NCBI GenBank assembly: GCA_035530235.1
Contig: DATKVD010000409.1
Span: 1-38,931 of the forward strand
Source of the DNA: Planctomycetota bacterium
GTDB taxonomy: Bacteria; Planctomycetota; DG-23; DATKVD01
Direction: 5' to 3'
DNA length: 38,931 nucleotides
Part shown: in pieces, positions 32,952 through 38,931 of the stretch
How the letters are laid out: the number at the start of each line of letters is the position of its first letter
Position numbering within the stretch: position 1 is the first letter of the stretch
Translations under genes and position numbers: made by a program
Notes under the pieces: model-generated
Database searches by the model: none
Seen by the model: the letters and a program-made list of their open reading frames with translations, nothing else
Told to the model about the DNA's origin: nothing

Positions 32952-34850
32952 TTACTTGGCACCCGGCAACTCAACCGGTACCATCACGGGTTTGTTCTCC
33001 ACAACCACATTCGTGGATTGCTCCGCCAGACCGGGAAACCGCCACTTGATAGTCAGCACGCCGGCGTCCGGCCTTGATATGAACGCCGGGGCCGATCCTG
33101 CAGTAATGTTCCATGCGCCCAGCATGCGATTGTCTGCAGTTGCCCATGCTCGAACCGGACCACTATATCTGGCCTTCGGCGAGACAACGACTCGGGCACA
33201 CAAGTCCGCCCCCGTCGGCATTCTCGCTACCACTACGCACTTCCCGTCTTTCAGCACCGTCGCCAGGTCTTGCGCTCCGTCCCCCGTGAAATCGGCCACG
33301 CATCCCGCAAGCTGTCCCTCTGACGCCTCCGGCAACAACGTTGTTAATCGCTCGAAATCCATTGAGATCGATAATCCGAAGCTGCGAAAGCCACGGTTGA
33401 AAAAGACCTGTGGATAACCCTCGTCGTGCAGAATGACCAGGTCTTGCCATCCGTCATTGTTAATATCAGCGACGCACCCAATGCCGACGGATCTCCTTGC
33501 CCCCATGTAACTCATTTCTCCCGTCAGTTTCGTCCTGTCCGCGAACCGTCCCTCTCCCAAGTTCTCCCATAGGCGGCTTTGGTCCTTCGCAGTACAGAAT
33601 ATGTCCAACAGCCCGTCATTGTTCCAGTCTCCAATGCTCGCCCGGGCAGGGTCTTCTCCCAACGCCACCTGACAAGCTACAGGCTCCTTGAAGACGCCAG
33701 CACCGGTACCCTTGTAGAAGAGACTCCCCCTCGTGAACGGCTGCACGATATCGGGCAGGGAATCCCCATCAAAATCTGCAACAAGGCACGGACCTGCTTT
33801 GCCAAGAGTCTTGCCCGGTGCATCACCTTGGGCCGCTCTTATCCCCAAAGCATCCGGTCCGGGAACCAGCAATAGAGGTGTCTCCGACGTCGTAACAAGC
33901 AATCCCGGCTTCGGGGGGGTCCCGACATCCAGTGGCGTCAACGCCATACACTCCGTCAGTTCCTTTGCACCGGCAGATGCGGCATACGTCCCGTCCGCGC
34001 CCTGCAGGTAAAGCGTCAAGCTCTTGCCGTCCCAGCTCGCCAGATCCAGCCGACCATCACTGTTGAAGTCGCTCCACGCGAAGGCGGTCGATTTCGAATG
34101 CAATTTGAACTTCGCCGTGACATCGTCCGTCGCCTCTCCGGTGCAATCAAACAATCGATCGCTTTCACTGGAGGCCACGAACAAGAGCGGCACGCCCGTT
34201 CTTTTCAGGTCAACAGGGACGGCCGCCGCGACTCTTCCTGCAACCTCTCCTGCTCTCAATACGTGGGCCCAGCATGTGCCGGTCTTGACAGGCACCACCG
34301 CACCATCAGGATCATCCATGATGCACTTTGTCAATCGAAGCAGCATGTCCGTCCCACCGTTCCATGTGGCCACGAGCTCAGCACTTTCCTTGACGACTCT
34401 CCAGACCCCTTTGTCATCCTCCAGCACGAACCAGTAGCCGTCTATATGCAGGAACGCCTTACGCATCTGCCCGGGCCCCGCAGCTTGTTCACCGCCCTCG
34501 GAATCCTCGCCGGGTTTGTCCGACCATGACTCCACGAACATTAGAGACAATTTGTCCTGCGATCTATGCGCTACGTCGCCCGCAAGCTTAGCATGATCCG
34601 GTAATGCGGAGGCCGTCAGATCCACCTCCACCACCTTGCTCTCTTCTTTTCCTTTCAGTACATTCTCCACGGTGAATACGATCTTGCCCTCCGGGGGATC
34701 GGGTTTGATCTTCAGTTGCAGGATGACGTCCGACTGTTTCACCAGGTGCACCGGCGTAAATTTCGGGTTGATAAGACCCGACGATTCCTGCGCACAAAAC
34801 ACAAATACAGCGAACAACACCGGGAAAACCCGGGTCATGCAGCTTCTCAT
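32952..34850 (-). CDS. secreted FG-GAP/VCBS-repeat (integrin-alpha-like beta-propeller) protein
   Basis: ATG 34850 follows AGAGGGA. The signal is MRSCMTRVFPVLFAVFVFCAQ. Repeated FNSDGRLDLA, VADFDGDSLPDIV, IGDWNNDGLLDIF, VADINNDGWQDLV and VADFTGDGAQDLA are FG-GAP calcium-loop motifs. The upstream part of track ORF 32952..35138 overlaps the preceding gene and is rejected. Confidence 0.75.
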   Translation of the reverse strand: MRSCMTRVFPVLFAVFVFCAQESSGLINPKFTPVHLVKQSDVILQLKIKPDPPEGKIVFTVENVLKGKEESKVVEVDLTASALPDHAKLAGDVAHRSQDKLSLMFVESWSDKPGEDSEGGEQAAGPGQMRKAFLHIDGYWFVLEDDKGVWRVVKESAELVATWNGGTDMLLRLTKCIMDDPDGAVVPVKTGTCWAHVLRAGEVAGRVAAAVPVDLKRTGVPLLFVASSESDRLFDCTGEATDDVTAKFKLHSKSTAFAWSDFNSDGRLDLASWDGKSLTLYLQGADGTYAASAGAKELTECMALTPLDVGTPPKPGLLVTTSETPLLLVPGPDALGIRAAQGDAPGKTLGKAGPCLVADFDGDSLPDIVQPFTRGSLFYKGTGAGVFKEPVACQVALGEDPARASIGDWNNDGLLDIFCTAKDQSRLWENLGEGRFADRTKLTGEMSYMGARRSVGIGCVADINNDGWQDLVILHDEGYPQVFFNRGFRSFGLSISMDFERLTTLLPEASEGQLAGCVADFTGDGAQDLATVLKDGKCVVVARMPTGADLCARVVVSPKARYSGPVRAWATADNRMLGAWNITAGSAPAFISRPDAGVLTIKWRFPGLAEQSTNVVVENKPVMVPVELPGAK

Positions 34851-34875
34851 CGAACAAACTCCCTCTTGTGTATGG

Positions 34876-37785
34876 TCATTTGCCAATCGCCTTGCGTACT
34901 TCCGCAGCCATTTCATACAGCCGCTGCGAATATTCCTGCGTCTCTGCGGGGCTGAATACGATATGAGCCGGCGCGGAGGTCTTTGCGGACCCGAATGAGC
35001 TGAATTCACTCCGATAGCGCAAGAACCGGACATGGTCGTCACACACTTTCTTGCATCGTTGCGCCAGGTCCGCGCCGAGTTTCGCCTTGAGTTTCCCATC
35101 CAGAAGTGCGTTCTGGCAGAAGATGTGCGCCTCGGCATCTTGCAGGCCCTCGCGCAGGTTCTCGATCGGAGTGCTTGAGACCGGACCTTTCATGCCCTCG
35201 CCCACGATCTGGTGGATACTTCCATTCAAGCCCACCGTATACCAGAGACGGGTGGGATCGATATACCGCCCGCTAATTGGCTGCATGGCGCCGTATTGCC
35301 GTGTGGGTTTGAGAATCGTCCAGAAATCGGCTCCGATAGGGCCCAATCCCTTGGTTCCAAGGAACGTATCGCGGCCGAACATGCCGGCAATATCGCACAT
35401 TCCCCAGGAGGCTTGTGCTCTTGTCATGCCGGCAAACAGGATCTTTTCAGGCGCCATCCTCCAATCCCGCAGCTCTATGGCCATTTGTCGGGGGTAACCG
35501 ATCACCGGGTAAGGATTGAGCCAGCCATAGAAAGCCCTGTCCGTGTCAGGATCCCAGTGCACGCCGGAAGTGCCGCCTATCACCAGGGATACCCGTCCCC
35601 ATGAATTTCCACCGGGGCCTTTGTCCAGGCTGCGGCTGAGATTCCGGTCGATCGGTCTGCAGTTGAACATGTGCCCGAGGCGGGTCCAACGCGCCTCAGG
35701 AACCAGGGCTATCGCATCCTTAAGACATGCGGCTGATGCCCAGGGTCCGTCCTCTCCGTTGTTGTGATAGCCCAGGGCAATAGATTTCTCCATGCCGTGC
35801 TTGGCCAGGATCTCTCTGCATCCCTCAAACACCGGTTTCCAAAACGCCAACGCTTCCGGCGTCCCCCACGCCGGCGCCCGCGAATCTTTCAGGCTCTTCG
35901 TTGCCGGATCAAATTCGGTGACCAACGGACACCCGTCGGCATCCCGTTCGACTATATAGAAACACACCGTCGGTATCTTGCCCATATGCTTGACGGCCGT
36001 GCCGATGTACCGCTCAAGAATATCCATGCACGGCTTAAACGACCCGTCGGCTTTCTTCACAAACCAGACCATGCCGTGCTCATTCCCGAAATGGGTCCGG
36101 CGCAACAGCGGAATGGTCAGGTCCTTCGTCGAGATCTGTCCGAGAATCTGGAAACACTGGTCAATCAGCCTCCAATGCTCCTCCGACCACATCGGCACGT
36201 TGTAGCGGAGCGCCAGGGTGTCGGGCGACTGAACCATGGCCATATAGGTCTGGAAGTCCTGTGGGTTCGGAAGCGTCCAGTCGCTCACGTGAAGCTGAAT
36301 CGGGATCGCGGTGGACGCCAGATCCTCCGCGCTGACCGTCATCGTGCCGGTATAGTCACCGGGACTAGCATCCTTTGGAACCTGTACGGTCAGCCAGACC
36401 GGCTGAATAGCCGCCTCTCTCTCTCTTGAAAGGCGGTAGGCGAGGCAGGGAATCGCAGCAGGCACAGAATCTTCGAGCGGATCGAATCCGACGACGCTCC
36501 CCATAACGCCCACCTTCGCGAGAAAGTGCGGGTAACGAATACGAAGCGAGGATTTGGGGATAGGTCGCCCGCCATTCCCTTTCAGGGCCGTCACCTCTAC
36601 TTTCAGCGCCTTGATCGGCTTCCCTGAACTGACCACCACCTGCCCGGCGAATGCACCATTCCTGGCGCCCAAGAGCCGAATCGGCGAGATGGGCTCATTG
36701 GGATCGCCGTACATGAACACATCCACTCGTTCCGTAATCGGCCAATTCCATATCTGCGGTGCCAAAGGCCGGGTTATGTTGCCCACGACCGCACTCGGTT
36801 GTGCCTTTGCTGTCAGACTCAATTCCTCGACAGATACCCGGTTCCAGCACAACTTGTAGCGGTCCGTCAGGTCATAGCCTGTTTCTTTTGGGAAGAGTCG
36901 CGTGAACATCCCCGCTGCCGCAGGCGCGCGATGAACCTCGATGGCAAGCACATTGACTCCCTTGCGGAGCGCACTGGGCGGAATCTTCAGACTGATGTGC
37001 CGGAATCGCTTCTTGTACCTGGCCTGTAACTCAGGGTCTTTCACTCTACCTGGATACTCGTTTTCGCTCAGAGTTCGCGTGTCGTCATTTGCAGAACCCC
37101 ACCCGGACTTGATCAGGCTGCCGGATGGAGTAAAGAAAGTCTCCTGGGGATAGTCTTCCGCCAAGGTCTCATTGTTGATCCTTCCCTCCGGCAGATGGAA
37201 GCGCCCAACCTCTCTTCCGTTCAGGTAGACCGCCGTGCCTCCGTGGATCGATGTTTCCAGGTTGAGTTCCGAAACCTGGGCCGGGTCATTTACAGTGAAC
37301 TTGCCGCGCAAGCACACCATGGCCAGGCTCCGGTAGTTCATCCGCATCGGACTCATCGTGCGAAACCAGGCTCCGTCGTCAAACTCCGGTTTGACCCAGT
37401 CCGCCGGCGGAAAAGCAGAGCCCCTGATCTGTGCCGCTTCCCGAAGCGGAATCTCCACAATCTTGACGTTGCCGGTCTGTGCATTCCTGTTCTTCAAGTC
37501 CTCCTGCCATGCCTTTGCAGGGTCGAAAGCCATGTACGGGTCAAAGGGATCCAGGCGGATGAGTTTGCCGTCGTCCTTGCGCACGACCTCGGTCTGCCAG
37601 GTCTCAGAATACCGCCAGACGGTGCCGTTCTCCTGATACATGCCATACGGGCCGGAAATGGCGGAATTCATGCGCAGCAGCGGAATCTCCTCCTTATCCG
37701 CTCCCCACGCGAACGACGCCACGCCATAGGCTATCCATAGAAACGCCATCAGTGTGCTAAGCAGACGCCATCTCATGTTGCTCAT
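34876..37785 (-). CDS. large secreted glycoside-hydrolase-like protein (galactose-binding-like N-domain, DUF4091/GH123-like core)
   Basis: ATG 37785 follows GGAGG. The signal is MRWRLLSTLMAFLWIAYGVASFAWG. PEFDDGAWFRTMSP..LRGKFTV..IHGGTAVYLNGREVG resembles GH2-type sugar-binding jelly rolls. YTGTMTVSAEDLASTAIPIQLHVSDWTLP parallels YTGTITVTPKD..PITVTVWDFAV of 14453..16738. Confidence 0.6.
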   Translation of the reverse strand: MSNMRWRLLSTLMAFLWIAYGVASFAWGADKEEIPLLRMNSAISGPYGMYQENGTVWRYSETWQTEVVRKDDGKLIRLDPFDPYMAFDPAKAWQEDLKNRNAQTGNVKIVEIPLREAAQIRGSAFPPADWVKPEFDDGAWFRTMSPMRMNYRSLAMVCLRGKFTVNDPAQVSELNLETSIHGGTAVYLNGREVGRFHLPEGRINNETLAEDYPQETFFTPSGSLIKSGWGSANDDTRTLSENEYPGRVKDPELQARYKKRFRHISLKIPPSALRKGVNVLAIEVHRAPAAAGMFTRLFPKETGYDLTDRYKLCWNRVSVEELSLTAKAQPSAVVGNITRPLAPQIWNWPITERVDVFMYGDPNEPISPIRLLGARNGAFAGQVVVSSGKPIKALKVEVTALKGNGGRPIPKSSLRIRYPHFLAKVGVMGSVVGFDPLEDSVPAAIPCLAYRLSREREAAIQPVWLTVQVPKDASPGDYTGTMTVSAEDLASTAIPIQLHVSDWTLPNPQDFQTYMAMVQSPDTLALRYNVPMWSEEHWRLIDQCFQILGQISTKDLTIPLLRRTHFGNEHGMVWFVKKADGSFKPCMDILERYIGTAVKHMGKIPTVCFYIVERDADGCPLVTEFDPATKSLKDSRAPAWGTPEALAFWKPVFEGCREILAKHGMEKSIALGYHNNGEDGPWASAACLKDAIALVPEARWTRLGHMFNCRPIDRNLSRSLDKGPGGNSWGRVSLVIGGTSGVHWDPDTDRAFYGWLNPYPVIGYPRQMAIELRDWRMAPEKILFAGMTRAQASWGMCDIAGMFGRDTFLGTKGLGPIGADFWTILKPTRQYGAMQPISGRYIDPTRLWYTVGLNGSIHQIVGEGMKGPVSSTPIENLREGLQDAEAHIFCQNALLDGKLKAKLGADLAQRCKKVCDDHVRFLRYRSEFSSFGSAKTSAPAHIVFSPAETQEYSQRLYEMAAEVRKAIGK

Positions 37786-37833
37786 AATGCCTCCATTGAC
37801 CGGCCTGTTCCTCCCGAAGACTCCGTCGGCCTT

Positions 37834-37862
37834 ATTATGGTTGGGGTTACGTCACTTGTCAA
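37834..37862 (-). promoter_or_regulatory. sigma70-like promoter candidate for the 34876..37785 / 32952..34850 pair
   Basis: The minus strand reads TTGACA (37862-37857) - 17 nt - CATAAT (37839-37834), about 50 nt upstream of ATG 37785. The spacer holds the imperfect palindrome GTGACGTAAC. Copy A has TTGGCA-17-TACAGT at 32464-32436. Confidence 0.4.
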
Positions 37863-37969
37863 CGAGCCGACCCGTGGATGGGATTCGTCCTCTCTTGCGG
37901 ACCGGGGAGGGGGTGTCGTACGAAAGGAAAGGGCGCACATGACGTGCGCCCTTCGGTTGAAAGCTCCCC
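37846..37969. repeat. copy B of the bipartite conserved module (contiguous)
   Basis: See copy A. On the minus strand the order is GGGGAGC end, hairpin, T-tract, GTACGAC, ~45 conserved nt, then the -35/-10-like boxes. Confidence 0.6.
37921..37953 (-). terminator. intrinsic terminator-like hairpin (minus strand)
   Basis: AAGGGCGCA-catgacg-TGCGCCCTT is a perfect 9-bp stem (37929-37953). On the minus strand it is followed by TCCTTTCG, a weaker T-tract than in copy A. Confidence 0.4.
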
Positions 37970-38007
37970 AGCCAGGACTCGAACCTACAACCTGGCGGTT
38001 AACAGCC
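37963..38007 (-). pseudogene. tRNA-derived 3' fragment (Asn-GTT-like anticodon loop to acceptor end), not a functional tRNA
   Basis: The minus strand reads ggCTGTTAAccgcc-aggtt-gtaGGTTCGAGTCCtgg-ctgggga-g-c. This gives a U33-GTT-A37 anticodon-loop pattern, a canonical GGTTCGAGTCC T-loop box and an acceptor-like end. No D-arm or 5' acceptor strand lies upstream, and the T-stem has a G.G mismatch. Confidence 0.3.
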
Positions 38008-38228
38008 TTTGGCGGTCTGTGGAAGCGGCATGCCCTCTCATTCCGGCGCGATTCATCACCGTGTCTTTGAATATGGACAGACCCCGTTTATTTCGTCGGA
38101 CATGGGGGCGGCGCCACCGGCGCCGTGTGCTGCGGCAGGGCACGTGCGGAGTCGGTGTCTGTGCAACACGCGCGCAAGGTCCTTGAACCCCATCGGCCAC
38201 GAGCACTTGACCCCCACGGTTATGGGTG

Positions 38229-38312
38229 TCCTGAGTTTTGTCTCTGAGTTTTGTCTCCTGAGTTTTGTCTGAGTTTTCCTGTCCTGAGTTTTCCTGAGTT
38301 TTCTGAGTTTTC
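38229..38312. repeat. short tandem repeat, CTGAGTTTT x7 (AAAACTCAG on the minus/coding strand)
   Basis: Seven copies with variable 0-8 nt spacers lie between 38229 and 38312. The repeat begins 20 nt downstream of the stop codon (38333-38335) of the last gene. Confidence 0.7.
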
Positions 38313-38332
38313 GTCAACTCGGCATCGCAGCA

Positions 38333-38931
38333 CTAGATCATGTCGCTCAAAAACCGGTGTCTGGCAACCCCGCTCCCGTATTGCGCCATGAACGGTTCAT
38401 AGTAGTGTTTGTGATCGACATGAAAGTGATCGCTGTACTGATTGCACGGCACATAGCGGATGTCCCAATGCGTCAGATACCACATGCCAGACTCATCATC
38501 ATGTAAGCCCATTCCGTCTCTTAGTACTTCGTTGAGGTCTGCTGGACTCAACACTTCGGCCTCGTGTTCCTCAGGATAGAGGTAGTCAGCAAAGACCGAG
38601 AACTGCGCGTGCTTGTCATCGAAGTAAACAGCTCTTGGACGTAGGTAGTGGCGCTCCCAAGCCGTTCCTTCCGGCAACTTGATGCTCTCAATTCTTCGTA
38701 CGATTTCCTCCACCTCGGAAAGCGAAGGGAATACGTGCGCTGTTCTTGAACCTAGGTATAAGAGGTAGTCTTTGTAGTTCGCCGCCCAGAAGGATGGTGA
38801 ATAAGTGGCGTAGACATGCCATGGATTGGCCTTCGCGCTAGCTGGGAAGAACAGATAGACAAGGGGGAGAGTCTGTGGAGTAAACAGTTGCTTCTCAATC
38901 ACCACACTATCCCAATAGCGAACGACAAACC
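38333..38931 (-). CDS. hypothetical protein, probably 5'-truncated by the window end
   Basis: Track ORF 38333..38905 starts at a GTG. The frame stays open upstream to the window edge (..FVVRYWDSV-VIEKQ), so the real start may lie outside the window. Composition is balanced and not Arg-rich. A spot line count gives 28/60 G+C, much lower than the rest of the window. I recognise no family. Confidence 0.5.
   Translation of the reverse strand, partial: FVVRYWDSVVIEKQLFTPQTLPLVYLFFPASAKANPWHVYATYSPSFWAANYKDYLLYLGSRTAHVFPSLSEVEEIVRRIESIKLPEGTAWERHYLRPRAVYFDDKHAQFSVFADYLYPEEHEAEVLSPADLNEVLRDGMGLHDDESGMWYLTHWDIRYVPCNQYSDHFHVDHKHYYEPFMAQYGSGVARHRFLSDMI

Noticed and set aside
37963-38045. Full-length tRNA gene on the minus strand
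   Set aside because: Only the anticodon-loop-to-acceptor part is tRNA-like. No D-arm and no complementary 5' acceptor strand (TCCCCAG) lies upstream. The 5' anticodon-stem strand does not pair and the T-stem is imperfect.
37985-38317. 110-aa minus-strand ORF (MTKTQKTQENSGQENSDKTQETK...)
   Set aside because: The N-terminal half is simply the translation of the AAAACTCAG tandem repeat, and the remainder is Arg-rich and overlaps the tRNA-like fragment. There is no SD.

Overview
High-GC bacterial chromosomal window. Hand spot counts of single 60-nt lines give about 60-78% G+C before ~30 kb and about 47-58% after ~32.4 kb. Gene content looks like a PVC-type (Planctomycetota-like) glycan-degrading organism. 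All family calls come from motifs I recognise in the translations; no searches were run.

I support 22 protein-coding genes. Most other ORFs in the six-frame track are Arg/Pro/Gly-rich shadow frames of these genes. The track prints M for GTG/TTG starts, so several 5' ends were re-placed at starts preceded by GGAGG-like sites.

Gene content, in order:
- Methyltransferase fragment, then URO-D-like plus M14 peptidase.
- A minus-strand string: DUF4159 protein, GH130, ornithine-type decarboxylase, deoxyhypusine-synthase-like, MFS.
- A four-gene minus-strand operon: CBM+DUF4091/GH123-like, CBM-only paralog, two parallel beta-helix paralogs.
- A membrane-anchored ankyrin protein, divergent from a 1495-aa DUF4347/cadherin-repeat protein with a C-terminal TM anchor. 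That protein is immediately followed by a PAS-GGDEF-HD-GYP-like enzyme.
- A convergent zinc-ribbon rhomboid protease, an esterase lipoprotein, a secreted protein with an embedded zinc ribbon, and a sulfatase without signal peptide.
- A lower-GC block with an FG-GAP protein and a 969-aa GH-like protein, then a low-GC orphan gene running off the window.

Non-coding structure worth attention:
- A leader upstream of the giant gene with mutually exclusive terminator and antiterminator helices.
- A MITE-like element with a 4-bp target duplication sitting on a stop codon.
- A duplicated gene tail and hairpin pair between the two polyamine genes.
- A-rich short tandem repeats directly behind stop codons, one with a triplicated terminator arm.
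- Two diverged copies of a ~125-nt module (tRNA-like end, terminator, promoter-like module) bracketing the lower-GC two-gene block.

No rRNA, intact tRNA or CRISPR array was found.
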